This document shows, in pieces, positions 31,885-42,189 of a stretch of DNA of 64,000 nucleotides. Source of the stretch: an uncultured Gemmatimonadaceae bacterium. Lineage in GTDB: Bacteria > Gemmatimonadota > Gemmatimonadetes > Gemmatimonadales > Gemmatimonadaceae. A program made the position numbers and the translations under genes. How positions within the stretch are numbered: the stretch's first letter is position 1; each line of letters opens with the position of its first letter. The stretch spans positions 640,001 to 704,000 of the forward strand of contig CAWHHI010000016.1 in assembly GCA_963829055.1 (NCBI GenBank), in the 5' to 3' direction. Under the pieces are notes generated by a model, which worked only from the letters and a program-made list of their open reading frames with translations, ran no database searches and was not told the DNA's origin.

Positions 31885-32981
31885 CGGCGCCGACTCCGCG
31901 TCTCTCGCGACCGGAAGAAACGCATGAGCGGTTCGACGTAGTTGCCGTCCGTGCGCATCACGATCTCATCGATCGCGAGCCGGCGCAGCAGTCTACGCCG
32001 TGTCTCGCGCTGTTCGGCAACCAGTCGCGCGTAGCCATCGCGCACGCCGCGGTCACTCGTGTCGACATCGATCGTCGCGCCAGACTCTGGATCCACGAGG
32101 CGCGCGAGCCCGATGTCGGGCAGCGTCTCCTCGCTCGGATCCTCGATCGTCACCGCGACGACGTCGTGCTGCTGCGCCGCGAGCTTGAGCGGACGCTCGA
32201 GGTGTTCGGAGAAGAAATCCGACACGAGAAAGATGATCGCCTTCTGCCGCAGCATGCCACGCATGTACTCGAGCGCGCCGGCGATGTCCGTGCCGCGCCC
32301 CTCGGGCTCGTGCACGAGCAGGTCGCGGATGACGCGGAGCACGTGACGACGCCCCTTCTTCGGCGGCACGACATGCTCGACGCGGTCGGTGAACAGCATG
32401 ACACCGACGCGATCGTTGTTCCGCACGGCGGACATGGCGAGTACGGCACCGAGCTCGGTGGCGAGCTCGCTCTTGAACCGCCTAACGGTGCCGAATCGCT
32501 CGGACCCGGAGAGGTCGACCGCGAGCATGACGGTGAGCTCACGCTCTTCGATGTAGCGCTTCACGAACGGACGCCGCATGCGCGCCGTCACGTTCCAGTC
32601 GATGGAGCGCACCTCGTCGCCAGGCTGATACTCCCGCACCTCCGCGAACTCCATTCCCTGCCCCTTGAACACGGAGCGGTACTCGCCGCTGAACACCGAG
32701 TTCACGAGACCGCGCGTGCGAAGCTCGATGAGCTTCACCTGCTTGAGCACTTCGGGCGGGACGCCGGCGACGACCTTCTGTCGCGCCGCATCAGGCTCCG
32801 CTCCGCGACGGGAACGGGTAACGGGGAACCGGGAACCGATGGCCAACGGCGCCGTCGGCGGCGTACGCAGCGCATGCCTCGCCCGCGCCGGCGTCTCGAA
32901 CGCTACCTGCGACGCCTTCCCCCGTTCCCCGTTCCCGTCCGCCCGCTGATCGCGGGCACCCGCCCGTTCCCTGTCTGTCAT
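31881..32981 (-). CDS. DUF58 domain protein with a repeat-derived N-terminal extension
   Basis: GEYRSVFKGQGMEFAEVREYQPGD...IDWNVTAR, EEREL, DLSGS and SDF motifs. Confidence 0.92.
   Translation of the reverse strand: MTDRERAGARDQRADGNGERGKASQVAFETPARARHALRTPPTAPLAIGSRFPVTRSRRGAEPDAARQKVVAGVPPEVLKQVKLIELRTRGLVNSVFSGEYRSVFKGQGMEFAEVREYQPGDEVRSIDWNVTARMRRPFVKRYIEERELTVMLAVDLSGSERFGTVRRFKSELATELGAVLAMSAVRNNDRVGVMLFTDRVEHVVPPKKGRRHVLRVIRDLLVHEPEGRGTDIAGALEYMRGMLRQKAIIFLVSDFFSEHLERPLKLAAQQHDVVAVTIEDPSEETLPDIGLARLVDPESGATIDVDTSDRGVRDGYARLVAEQRETRRRLLRRLAIDEIVMRTDGNYVEPLMRFFRSRETRSRRR
32807..32939. repeat. Inverted arrays of GGGAAC-type heptamers
   Basis: GACGGGAACGGGTAACGGGGAA (32807-32828) pairs with TTCCCCCGTTCCCCGTTCCCGTC (32917-32939). 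Confidence 0.75.
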
Positions 32982-33962
32982 GGACTTTCGATCTTTCCGA
33001 GAATCTTGGCCACGATGTCGTCGCTCGTGACCTCTTCGGCCTCGGCTTCGTACGTCGTGAGCACGCGATGACGGAGCACGTCAGGAGCGATCGACTTCAC
33101 ATCGTCCGGAGTCACGAACGTGCGTCCGCGGAGGAACGCGTGCGCACGCGAGGCCTGCGCCAATGCGATCGTCGCGCGCGGGCTGGCTCCGAACTCGATG
33201 AGCGGCGCGAGCTCCTTGAGACCCGACTCCGCCGGTTCACGCGTCGCATGCACGATCTCGACGATGTAATCGACGATCCGCTCGTCCATGTACAGCTCGG
33301 AAATGCGGTGCCGTGCGTCCATGATCGCGAGCGGCGACGCGACGTGCTGCAACCGAGATCGGTTCGCCGCCAGCCATGCGACGCATGATCTCCTTCTCTT
33401 CGTCGCGCGACGGGTAGCCGACGCGGAGCTTGAGCATGAAGCGGTCGACCTGCGCTTCGGGCAGCGGGTACGTACCCTCCTGCTCGATGGGATTTTGCGT
33501 CGCCAACACGAGGAACGGCTCGTCGAGCTTGAACGTCTGGCCGCCGAGCGTGACCTGCTTCTCCTGCATGGCCTCGAGCAGCGCAGCCTGCACTTTCGCC
33601 GGCGCACGGTTGATTTCGTCGGCGAGCACGATGTTCGCGAAGATCGGGCCCTTCTTCACGGAGAACTGTCCCGTGGACTGGTCGAACACCTGGGTGCCTA
33701 ACACGTCCGCGGGAAGCAGATCCGGCGTGAACTGAATACGCTGGAAGCTCGTATCGATCGTTTCAGCGAGCGTGCGCACGGTCAGCGTTTTCGCGAGTCC
33801 CGGAACGCCCTCGAGCAACACGTGTCCGCCAGTCAGAAGGCTGATCAACAGCCGCTCGACCATGTATTCCTGCCCGACGACGCGACGCCCCACCTGACGC
33901 ATTACGCCCTGAACGAGCGCCATGTCCGCCTGCGAGGAGACCTGTGTTGCCGCTGTTGCCAC
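32978..33962 (-). CDS. MoxR-family AAA ATPase, one frameshift near 33350
   Basis: [32 protein letters not shown] and [18 protein letters not shown], then GASPRA...VLRHR in a second frame. Confidence 0.93.
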
Positions 33963-34138
33963 GTGCACACTCCATGGAAATGGGCCCAGTGCGGCGCGAG
34001 TTCGTCGCGTGAGCCCGCTGATTCAAGTTCAGGACCGAAGCCGTGCCTGCGCCAGATAGGCCGCAGGCCGGTCTTCAGAGTATACACGAAACCAGTGATT
34101 CGGCTCCGCGAGTCACGACGAATCGCTACCGCGAATCG

Positions 34139-35029
34139 CTACCGCGGCTTTCTCGGTACCCGCCGTTCGGGTGGCCGGGGGCGCGGCGCCCGCTCATCCG
34201 ACGATCCATCACGCGCTCGATCGTGCGGCACATCACGTTTCGCAGCCGAGCGGCGAGGCCGGTCACGGCGGACGGGTCGGGTTTTTTCCGGACTCAGCCC
34301 GAGTGGCCTTCCGAGGAGTGACTCGAGCTCATGCCGCTCGCGACTCGAGAGCGCGCGCGTCGCGCCGCTCGGCAACGGTCCGAGCACCACGGGACCGAAT
34401 CGCACGCGCACGAGTCGCTCGACTTCGAGGCCCAGCGCCTCGCACAGGCGACGCACCTCGCGGTTTTTCCCTTCCGCGATCGTGAGCTCGAGCTCGGACG
34501 TGCGATTCCCCATCTGTCGCACTTCCACCACCGATGGCCGGACGAACCCGTCTTCGAGCTCTACGCCACGGCGCGCTTCAGCAGCCGCGACGCGCACAGG
34601 TCCCCGCACGGTCGCGACGTAGGTCCGCTCGATCTCGCTGCTCGGGTGCGTGAGCAGGTGCGCCGCGTCGCCATCGGTCGTGAGCAGCAACACGCCTTCG
34701 GTGAGATAGTCGAGGCGGCCAACGTACGTGAGCCCGGGAGTGTTGGGCACCATGTCGAACACGGTGCGCCGACCCTCTGGATCGGACCGCGTCGTGACCA
34801 CACCCGGCGGCTTGTTGAACACGATCCATTCGTACGTCGACGCTGGCGGTGGTAGCTCCTTGCCATCGACGCTGATCCGGTCCTTGGTGGGATCGACCGC
34901 CTGTCCGGTTCGCGCCACGACGCCATTCACGAGCACGCGGCCGTTCGCCACCAACTCCTCCGCCTTGCGGCGCGACGCGATGCCCGCACGAGCGAGCGCG
35001 CGGTGAATTCGCATCGGCTCGTTGCTCAC
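34139..35029 (-). CDS. rluB: RsuA/RluB-family pseudouridine synthase
   Basis: S4 domain SRRKAE, NKPPGVV, GRLD and EGKNREVRR motifs; downstream of scpAB. Confidence 0.88.
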   Translation of the reverse strand: MSNEPMRIHRALARAGIASRRKAEELVANGRVLVNGVVARTGQAVDPTKDRISVDGKELPPPASTYEWIVFNKPPGVVTTRSDPEGRRTVFDMVPNTPGLTYVGRLDYLTEGVLLLTTDGDAAHLLTHPSSEIERTYVATVRGPVRVAAAEARRGVELEDGFVRPSVVEVRQMGNRTSELELTIAEGKNREVRRLCEALGLEVERLVRVRFGPVVLGPLPSGATRALSSRERHELESLLGRPLGLSPEKTRPVRRDRPRRSAAKRDVPHDRARDGSSDERAPRPRPPERRVPRKPR

Positions 35030-35592
35030 GTGGTCGGTGCCGGTTCGGCCGTCGCCGGCGGAGTCACGCTGCGCAGCGCGATCGCGAGCTCGTCGCCCCG
35101 TGGCAACTCCTCGAGATGCCGCAGCGCGAACTGCTCGAGGAAGATCGGCGTCGTCCCATACAGGAGCGGCCTGCCCACGCCTTCGGCGCGGCCAACGACG
35201 TCGATGAGCCCACGCTCGAGAAGCGACTTGAGGACACTCCCGACGGCGACACCGCGAATCTCCTCGATCTCGGCTCGGCCGATGGGCTGACGGTACGCGA
35301 TGATTGCCAGCGTCTCGAGCGACGCACCCGACAGCCGGTGCGGACGCGCCGCAAGCTGTGCGCGTTCGATCGCCTCCGTGTACTCGGCGCGCGTGAGAAT
35401 CTGCCAGCCGCCGCCGACGTCCACCAACTCGACACCGTGTCCGGCAGTGTCGTATGTCTCACGCAATTCATCGAGCGCGGACTGCAGGGCCGCAGGCGAT
35501 GCCTCCGAGTCGAGTGCTGCGAGCTCGTCGAGCGGAATGGGGCGTGCGCTCGCGAAGAGCGCGGCTTCAAGCAACCTGGCTAGCGGATTCAC
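35026..35592 (-). CDS. scpB: SMC-Scp complex subunit ScpB
   Basis: [27 protein letters not shown] and GRPLLYGTT motifs. Confidence 0.96.
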   Translation of the reverse strand: MNPLARLLEAALFASARPIPLDELAALDSEASPAALQSALDELRETYDTAGHGVELVDVGGGWQILTRAEYTEAIERAQLAARPHRLSGASLETLAIIAYRQPIGRAEIEEIRGVAVGSVLKSLLERGLIDVVGRAEGVGRPLLYGTTPIFLEQFALRHLEELPRGDELAIALRSVTPPATAEPAPTT

Positions 35593-36286
35593 GACTGATC
35601 AATACGGAGGCAAAGGGAGCGAGCTGGGCGAGGCGCAGCTCACCGCGGCGCGCGAGCTCGAGCAACGCCAGCAGCGCCGAGAGCACCTGCCACGGCTGCG
35701 ATGTCGGCGGGCACACGTCGCGCCATCGAGCGGTAGCGCGGAGGGCGAGAACGGCGCGCACGGTCTCGATGGCGCCATCCACGTCCAGCGGGCGCGCCAC
35801 GACGTCGTGGATCGCCGGCTCACGAGCGACGCGAAGCACACGGTCGGTAGCCGCGAGCAGCTCGGCGAGCGAGAGCGCCAGCGGCGCCATGGGCGGCGCG
35901 ATCTGCTGCGGAACGTACGCGCGCGCGAATCGGCTGCGTCGTTCCTCGCCCAGACGCTCGAGCACATCGACGACTTCGCGCATCTGTTGGTATTCCAACA
36001 GACGACGCACGAGCTCAGCCCGAGGATCTTCCCACGCATCGTCCAGCTCGTTCCGCGGGAGGAGCATCTGCGCCTTGATGCGGAGCAGCCGCGCGGCCAT
36101 CTCGAGATAGTCGGCCGCCTGATCGAGCTGCATGAACCGGATGTGCGCCAGAAACTGCTCGGCGATGCGCGCGATCGGGATGTCGTAAATGTCGACCTGC
36201 TCGTCGCGGATGAGCGAGAGCAACAGGTCGAGCGGCCCACTGAACTGCGTGAGCTCGATGACGAACGGCGTCGTGGCGTCGGACAT
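35567..36286 (-). CDS. scpA: Segregation and condensation protein A
   Basis: FSGPLDLLL, DIYDIPI, AADYLEMAA and EDPRAELV motifs; start uncertain (ATG 36286 or 36373). Confidence 0.94.
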   Translation of the reverse strand: MSDATTPFVIELTQFSGPLDLLLSLIRDEQVDIYDIPIARIAEQFLAHIRFMQLDQAADYLEMAARLLRIKAQMLLPRNELDDAWEDPRAELVRRLLEYQQMREVVDVLERLGEERRSRFARAYVPQQIAPPMAPLALSLAELLAATDRVLRVAREPAIHDVVARPLDVDGAIETVRAVLALRATARWRDVCPPTSQPWQVLSALLALLELARRGELRLAQLAPFASVLISRESASQVA

Positions 36287-36354
36287 CGGATCGAGTCGTC
36301 GCGACTCGATGACCGCGCCATCGAACGCGAGCGGGCTCGTGAGGGCGGGCGGGA

Positions 36355-37062
36355 TCAGAACGTCGATGTCCATGGGCTCGGCACGACGTATGGCATAACG
36401 AGTCTCATCGCATTCTCGAAAATGATGGACATTGGCCGCATCCACATCTGCAGCAGACCGCGAAAGAACAGCAGGAGTCCGAGGATCAGGAACATTCCGT
36501 AGAAGCCGAGGCGCTGGTAGTGCACGGCGATCGTCGCCGGCAGGAAATGCTTCACGACATGTGATCCATCGAGCGGCGGAATCGGCAGCAGGTTGAACGC
36601 GACGAGCACGAGGTTGAAGCTGATGCCCACGATCAACATCGTCTGCACTATCGCGACGGCACTGGACGTTACCGGCACCACGCGCGCAACGAGACCAACC
36701 AGCACGATCAACAGGACACAAGCGATCGCGAGCACCGCATTCGTCGCGACGCCAGCAAGCGACACAATGATGTCACCTCGGCGATACGACCGATAATTCC
36801 GCGGATCCACGGGGACGGGCTTCGCGCCGCCGAAGATCAATGGCTGGCCCAGCAGTCCGCCGCCGAAGTACGTGATGAGCGGAAGGATCACCGTCATCAC
36901 GGGGTCGATGTGCCGAATCGGGTTCCAGGTGAGTCGGCCAAGTTGCTGTGCCGTCGAGTCACCTTGCTTGAGGGCTGCGTACCCGTGCGCGTACTCATGC
37001 GCGACCATCGATGCGAGTAGCACGGGCGCGTACAACAGGAAGAGCTCGATTCGTTGCAGCAC
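36355..37062 (-). CDS. Site-2 protease (M50)
   Basis: HEYAH, NPIRHID, AKPVP and FNLLPIPPLDG motifs. Confidence 0.93.
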   Translation of the reverse strand: MLQRIELFLLYAPVLLASMVAHEYAHGYAALKQGDSTAQQLGRLTWNPIRHIDPVMTVILPLITYFGGGLLGQPLIFGGAKPVPVDPRNYRSYRRGDIIVSLAGVATNAVLAIACVLLIVLVGLVARVVPVTSSAVAIVQTMLIVGISFNLVLVAFNLLPIPPLDGSHVVKHFLPATIAVHYQRLGFYGMFLILGLLLFFRGLLQMWMRPMSIIFENAMRLVMPYVVPSPWTSTF

Positions 37063-37299
37063 GATCTCTCGCGGCGGTGAGCCCAGGCGCGGCAGCGCGA
37101 AGACGGCCGCGTTCCCGCGACTGGGGCGAAAAGCTAGCGGGACCGCACGCGCGAGTCAAAGCAAAAACACGCTCGACTTCGCATGGCCCGAGCCTTTGAC
37201 GGCTCGACGGTGCATCAACGTTTTGCACGTGGCGCGTGTACTTCATCCGATTGCCACGCGACACGTGATATCACGCTCAAACGACACGTTGGGGGATTC

Positions 37300-37665
37300 A
37301 TGAAACGGATTCGAGTATTCGCGCTGCTGGCAGCGCTTGTCGCCTTCGCCGCGCCGGCGGCACACGCACAGGGTGGCGGCGGTGGTCAGGGCGGGCGGGG
37401 CCGGCAGATGGAGATGCTGATGCAGGGCATCACGCTCACCGACGCGCAGAAGGCCTCGGTCGACTCGATCGGGCAGGTCTACCGCGCCCAGATGCCGCCC
37501 ATGCAGCAGGGCACGCCGCCGGACTCGGCCACGCGGGCCAAGATGATGGACGTGCGCCAGAAGCAGTACGCGGCGGTCCGCGCCGTCCTCACCCCCGAGC
37601 AGCAGAAGACCTTCGACAAGAACCTCGAGGAGATGCGCGCCAACGCCGCCAAGCCCAAGCCATAA
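37300..37665 (+). CDS. Secreted Spy/CpxP-like (LTXXQ) protein
   Basis: Signal peptide ending AHA; LTDAQ and LTPEQ motifs. Confidence 0.75.
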   Translation: MKRIRVFALLAALVAFAAPAAHAQGGGGGQGGRGRQMEMLMQGITLTDAQKASVDSIGQVYRAQMPPMQQGTPPDSATRAKMMDVRQKQYAAVRAVLTPEQQKTFDKNLEEMRANAAKPKP

Positions 37666-37687
37666 GCGGCTGCACGTAGGCAACAAC

Positions 37688-37725
37688 ACAGCGGGCCGGC
37701 ACTCGATCGAGTGCCGGCCCGCTGT
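37688..37725. terminator. 38-bp perfect palindrome, likely terminator
   Basis: ACAGCGGGCCGGCACTCGA|TCGAGTGCCGGCCCGCTGT followed by CGTTT. Confidence 0.7.
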
Positions 37726-37768
37726 CGTTTCGCACGTATTGTGGGCGAGTCCAAGCCCCTGCACCGCC

Positions 37769-37797
37769 TTGACATCGCTCCTCGCCACGGGTAAGGT
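37769..37797 (+). promoter_or_regulatory. sigma70 promoter of rpsT
   Basis: TTGACA, 17-nt spacer, TAAGGT. Confidence 0.7.
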
Positions 37798-37846
37798 TCG
37801 GGTCTCTATTTTTGAACGTTGATTCAGGGAATCCGGAGACCAAGAC

Positions 37847-38086
37847 GTGCCGAATATCGCGTCCGCGAAGAAGAACATGAGAAAGGCTCGAGCTGCCACG
37901 GTGCGCAATCGCGCGCAACGCTCGGCGCTCCGCACTGCACTCAAGAAGGCCAAGGCTCCTACCGCGAGCCCCGAAGAGCGGACGACTGCCGTCAGCTTGC
38001 TCGATCGCGCCGCACGCAAGGGTCTCATCCACGCGAATGCCGCCGCGCGACACAAGAGCCGGCTCGCTATCGCCGCGAACAAGTAA
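37847..38086 (+). CDS. rpsT: 30S ribosomal protein S20
   Basis: PNIASAKK, RNRAQRSALRT, LDRAARKGLIHANAAARHKSRL motifs. Confidence 0.96.
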   Translation: MPNIASAKKNMRKARAATVRNRAQRSALRTALKKAKAPTASPEERTTAVSLLDRAARKGLIHANAAARHKSRLAIAANK

Positions 38087-38115
38087 GATCGGTTCGCGTC
38101 GCGGCTGAAAAGCAA

Positions 38116-38142
38116 AAGGGCCCGGACTCAGTCCGGGCCCTT
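38116..38142. terminator. Bidirectional hairpin terminator
   Basis: AAGGGCCCGGACT-C-AGTCCGGGCCCTT between convergent genes. Confidence 0.75.
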
Positions 38143-38162
38143 CGTGCGTTCGGCGGCGCGTC

Positions 38163-39170
38163 CTACATCGCGGCGAGCTCGCCACCGCAACGCTCGCAGT
38201 ACCACTCGGTGGGGTAGTTCATGGTGCCACATTCCTGACACTTGAGCGTCTTGATCTGCTCAGTTGGAACGTCCTTGAGAAAGGCCGGAATGCTGCCTGG
38301 CGTGAGTGAGGAATTCGTTTCCTGCCCTTCCTTTGCAATGAGCGGGGTCGACGTCAGAACGGGCGTCGGCGCGGCGTTTCTACGCGGTGGCGCGGCCGGA
38401 GCCCCGGCGTTGATCGTGTCAGCCATCGACACCCGGGCAGCGGCGTGGGCGGACCCGCGGTTCTCGACCCGCGGCTCCGGAGCCGGCGCGACGTCGGCGG
38501 CCATGTGTGACGAGGCTGGCCGATCCACGACTGACTGCAGGAACGCGAGCTCATCGAAGCTGGCAGCAGGAGCGGGGCGGCTCGGCGCCTGATAGGCTGG
38601 TTGCGGCGGCGGCGGCGGGGGTGCGGCAGCCACAGGTGCTGCGGCCGGCGGGGGTGGCATCGGCGGGGCTGCTACCGGTTCCGGCGCGAGAGACTCGATG
38701 GGAACGACAGACGCTTCACCGGCGGGCGGTGTCGGCGGGCGCACCGCGACCGCCAGAATCTCCTGTACTCGACCTAGCTCCGCACCGACCGTGGCGCGCT
38801 CCGCACCGAGCGAGGAGATCGCTTCGTCGCACCGCTGCATCACCTCGCGCGCGTGCTCGAGCGTGAACTCGCCCACGGACGCGCGGAGCTCGGCTTCCGC
38901 GCGCTCGTCGCGTAGCGACGTCTCATCGGCGTAGAGGGACGCCACGCGCTCCGCGAGCGTGCCGGCAGTCTCCTGCAGCTCGGTCGCGCGGCCGGCGAGC
39001 TGATTGAGAACGTTTTCCAACCGCTCGCCGTAGTCGCCGCGAACACGGTTGAAGACGTGAGGCGGGGTGGTGCCCCTGCGCGCGTCGAGCTGAGCCAACC
39101 ACTGCTCGTATCGGTTGCGCTCTTCCATCAACGCGTTCAACGCGTCCATCGGATTCTGACCGTCGCTCAT
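38163..39170 (-). CDS. Hypothetical protein: coiled coil, Pro-rich linker, C-terminal Zn ribbon
   Basis: About 140-aa heptad region, poly-Pro linker, CQECGTMNYPTEWYCERCG at the C-terminus. Confidence 0.8.
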   Translation of the reverse strand: MSDGQNPMDALNALMEERNRYEQWLAQLDARRGTTPPHVFNRVRGDYGERLENVLNQLAGRATELQETAGTLAERVASLYADETSLRDERAEAELRASVGEFTLEHAREVMQRCDEAISSLGAERATVGAELGRVQEILAVAVRPPTPPAGEASVVPIESLAPEPVAAPPMPPPPAAAPVAAAPPPPPPQPAYQAPSRPAPAASFDELAFLQSVVDRPASSHMAADVAPAPEPRVENRGSAHAAARVSMADTINAGAPAAPPRRNAAPTPVLTSTPLIAKEGQETNSSLTPGSIPAFLKDVPTEQIKTLKCQECGTMNYPTEWYCERCGGELAAM

Positions 39171-39173
39171 GCT

Positions 39174-39860
39174 TCACTCCTCTCGACTGCCCGGCAGGGG
39201 GCAGCCTGGATAGATCTCGCCGGGAAACGCTCTCGACCTCGCCGCCTCGAGCGCTCGAACCTCATCCACGCCTAACGTCTGCACTCGGCCGAGTAGCCGA
39301 GCGGTCAACAAAATTTTCGCCGTGTGCTCGAGGCTCTCCATGCGCTGATGCGCGACGAGCAGCGAGGCACCAACGGTTGTCGCTCCATGATTCGCCATCA
39401 AGAACGCGTCGTGCTGTGCAACATACGGCTCGAACGCATCCGCTAACGCAGTCGTGCCGGGCGTCGCATACGGAACCAGCGGCACCCAGCCAACCTGATA
39501 AATGATCTCCGGTAACACGCACGCCGAGAACGACTCGCCCGCAACGGCGAAGCCTGTCGCCGTCGGCGGATGCGCGTGGACCACGGCCTGCACGTCAGGG
39601 CGTCGCTGGTAGATACGCAGGTGCACGGCCACTTCGGACGAGGCCTTCTGCGCTCCGCGCCGACGCTGACCGTCGAGCGAGAGCTCGACCAGGTCCTCCT
39701 CGGTCACGTCCACCTTCGACATCCCGGAGGGTGTCACGAGCACCCGGTCTCCCGGGAGCCGTACCGACACGTTGCCGTCGGGCCCGGCGATCAGCCCGCG
39801 CTCGTACAGGCGCTTGCAGACTCGCACGATTTCCCGCCGTACCGGCAACGACCCGTACAC
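39174..39860 (-). CDS. Class II aldolase/adducin family protein
   Basis: GNVSVR, TPSG, SSE, VVHAHPP and LMANHG motifs. Confidence 0.9.
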   Translation of the reverse strand: MYGSLPVRREIVRVCKRLYERGLIAGPDGNVSVRLPGDRVLVTPSGMSKVDVTEEDLVELSLDGQRRRGAQKASSEVAVHLRIYQRRPDVQAVVHAHPPTATGFAVAGESFSACVLPEIIYQVGWVPLVPYATPGTTALADAFEPYVAQHDAFLMANHGATTVGASLLVAHQRMESLEHTAKILLTARLLGRVQTLGVDEVRALEAARSRAFPGEIYPGCPLPGSREE

Positions 39861-39865
39861 GCTCG

Positions 39866-41230
39866 TTACCCCGCCGCCTGATGGACGATTCTGCCGCCGA
39901 CAATGGTACACATCACAACACCCTGGAGCGTGTGACCCGAGTACGGGCTGTTCCGGCCCTTCGAGACGAAGTTCGCCGCGTCGACTTTCCACTCGCGCGT
40001 GGGGTCGAAGACCGTCACGTCGGCGACTGCCCCGCGCTGGAGCGAGCCACCGGGTAACCCGAACGTACGCGCCGGCGACACGGACATCCGCTGGATGAGC
40101 GTGGGGAGGTCGATGATCCCGGGCTTCACGAGCCACTTCACCACGACTGCCAGGGCAGTCTCCAGCCCGACGATGCCGTTCGGTGCGTCGGAGAATTCCC
40201 GCTCCTTCTCGTCGTAGTGATGTGGCGCGTGGTCCGTTGCCACGAGATCGATGGTGCCGTCGCGCACCGCCTCGCGAATCGCCTCGACGTCCTCTTCCGT
40301 GCGGAGCGGCGGGTTCATCTTCGCATTCGTGTTGTACCCGTTCACCTCGTTCTCGGTCAGCGAGAGATGATGCGGGCAGGCTTCCGCGGTGACGCGGATG
40401 CCTCGCTCCTTCCCCCACCGAATGAGCTCCACGGAGCCCTTCGTGCTCATGTGACAGAGGTGCACGTGTCCACCGGTGCGGCGCGCGAGGAGGATGTCGC
40501 GGATGACCATGATCTCTTCGGCTTCCGCCGGGATGCCCTTGAGACCAAGCCGTGCGCTGACGATCCCTTCGTTCATCGCGCCGCCCGCCGCGAGCGTCGG
40601 CTCTTCGCAGTGGTCGGCGACCGGAATGCCGAACGTCCGCGCGTACTCGAGCGCCGTTCGCATGAGGTGCGCGCTCGCGACAGGCCTCCCGTCGTCGCTG
40701 ACGGCGACCGCGCCTGCACCGACCATCTCGCCGAATTCGGCCAGGGCTTCGCCCTTCTGGCCTAACGAGATGGCGCCGATGGGATGCACCCGTGCGGCAT
40801 TCGCCATCTGGCCCTGTCGAAGCACGAACCCGACCGCGGCCTGATTGTCCGTGACTGGCTGCGTGTTAGGCATCGCGCAGACGGCCGTGAACCCACCCAC
40901 GGCCGCAGCACGCGCGCCGGTCGCAATGGTCTCGACGTCTTCACGGCCGGGTTCGCGCAGATGGCAGTGCACGTCGATGAACCCGGGCGAGACGACGAGT
41001 CCCGCGCAGTCGATGACGCGAACGTCGTCGCCGTACGACGCTCCTGCCGCCGTTTCGAACGCGCTCGGTCTTCCCGTCCTCGAGAATCGAGGTCCCCTGT
41101 GGCATCGAGGTTCTGCGACGGGTCGATGACTCGCCCGCCGCGCAACACCGTCCTGCGCGCGTCGCCTTTCCGGTCTCCGCTGACCGCTTCCCCGTTCCCG
41201 GTTCCCGCTTTCCCGCTCGCGATCCGTCAC
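39866..41230 (-). CDS. pyrC: Dihydroorotase, with compensating indels near the 5' end
   Basis: [30 protein letters not shown] and ATDHAPH motifs; the expected LRGGRVIDP segment lies in another frame (41148). Confidence 0.93.
   Translation of the reverse strand: MTDRERESGNRERGSGQRRPERRRAQDGVARRASHRPVAEPRCHRGPRFSRTGRPSAFETAAGASYGDDVRVIDCAGLVVSPGFIDVHCHLREPGREDVETIATGARAAAVGGFTAVCAMPNTQPVTDNQAAVGFVLRQGQMANAARVHPIGAISLGQKGEALAEFGEMVGAGAVAVSDDGRPVASAHLMRTALEYARTFGIPVADHCEEPTLAAGGAMNEGIVSARLGLKGIPAEAEEIMVIRDILLARRTGGHVHLCHMSTKGSVELIRWGKERGIRVTAEACPHHLSLTENEVNGYNTNAKMNPPLRTEEDVEAIREAVRDGTIDLVATDHAPHHYDEKEREFSDAPNGIVGLETALAVVVKWLVKPGIIDLPTLIQRMSVSPARTFGLPGGSLQRGAVADVTVFDPTREWKVDAANFVSKGRNSPYSGHTLQGVVMCTIVGGRIVHQAAG
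41168..41219 (-). repeat. Tandem heptamer array at the pyrC 5' end
   Basis: AGCGGGA-A-AGCGGGA-ACCGGGA-ACGGGGA-AGCGGTC-AGCGGAG-ACCGGAA on the minus strand. Confidence 0.7.
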
Positions 41231-42189
41231 CGATCAGATCCCCCTTTCGCCGCATCGGCCAATTCAGGGGCTCCGCCCGCCAGCAGGTACAGCACCGCCA
41301 TCCGGACGGCGACGCCGTTCGTGACCTGCTCGAGGATCACGCTGTGAGGACCATCAGCCACGTCGGAATCGATCTCGACGCCGCGATTCATGGGACCGGG
41401 ATGAAGGATGAGAAGATCGCGCGGCGCGCGGTCGAGCCGCTCGCGCGTCACGCCGAACACACGATTGTACTCGCGAAGCGATGGGATATAACCGCCCTGC
41501 ATGCGCTCCAACTGAAGGCGTAGGACGTTGAGCGCCTCGGCCCATTCGATTGCGGCTTCGATCCGGTCGAACACTTCGACGCCAAGCTCCGAGACGGCGT
41601 TCGGCAGTAGCGACCGAGGGCCGCACACACCGACCTCGGCGCCGAGCTTCTTGAGGCCCCAGATGTTCGAGCGCGCAACGCGTGAATGAAGCACGTCGCC
41701 GCAGATGCACACGCGCCGGCCTTCGAGCGATCCGAAGTGGTCCCGCAGCGTGAGCAGATCGAGGAGCCCCTGCGTGGGATGCTCGTGCGTGCCGTCACCA
41801 GCGTTGATCACGTTCGATTCAATGCGCTCGGCGAGAAAGTGCGCGGCGCCGGACGCACCGTGGCGAATCACCACCATGTCGATGCGCATCGCTTCCAGGT
41901 TCCGGGCCGTATCGACGAGCGTCTCACCCTTGGATACGCTCGACCCCGACGCCGCCACATTCACCGTATCCGCAGACAAACGCTTCTCGGCGAATTCGAA
42001 CGATACGCGCGTCCGCGTGGATGCTTCGAAGAACAGGTTGACGATGGTCGAGCCCCGAAGCGTCGGGACCTTCTTGATCGCCCGCTCGCTGATTTCCTTG
42101 AACGGCCCCGCAGTGTCGAGAATCAATCGAATCTGCTCGGGGGTCAGCGGCTCGAGCGCCAGCAAGTCTTTCCCGAGCGGCGTCGTCAC
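41227..42189 (-). CDS. pyrB: Aspartate carbamoyltransferase catalytic subunit
   Basis: [33 protein letters not shown] and HPGP motifs. Confidence 0.97.
   Translation of the reverse strand: MTTPLGKDLLALEPLTPEQIRLILDTAGPFKEISERAIKKVPTLRGSTIVNLFFEASTRTRVSFEFAEKRLSADTVNVAASGSSVSKGETLVDTARNLEAMRIDMVVIRHGASGAAHFLAERIESNVINAGDGTHEHPTQGLLDLLTLRDHFGSLEGRRVCICGDVLHSRVARSNIWGLKKLGAEVGVCGPRSLLPNAVSELGVEVFDRIEAAIEWAEALNVLRLQLERMQGGYIPSLREYNRVFGVTRERLDRAPRDLLILHPGPMNRGVEIDSDVADGPHSVILEQVTNGVAVRMAVLYLLAGGAPELADAAKGGSDR

Noticed and set aside
40760..40871. GCCTAAC...GTTAGGC pair about 110 bp apart, resembling an attC site
   Set aside because: It lies inside conserved pyrC coding sequence, I see no internal L-box pairing, and there is no integrase or cassette array; such a pair is expected given the motif density.
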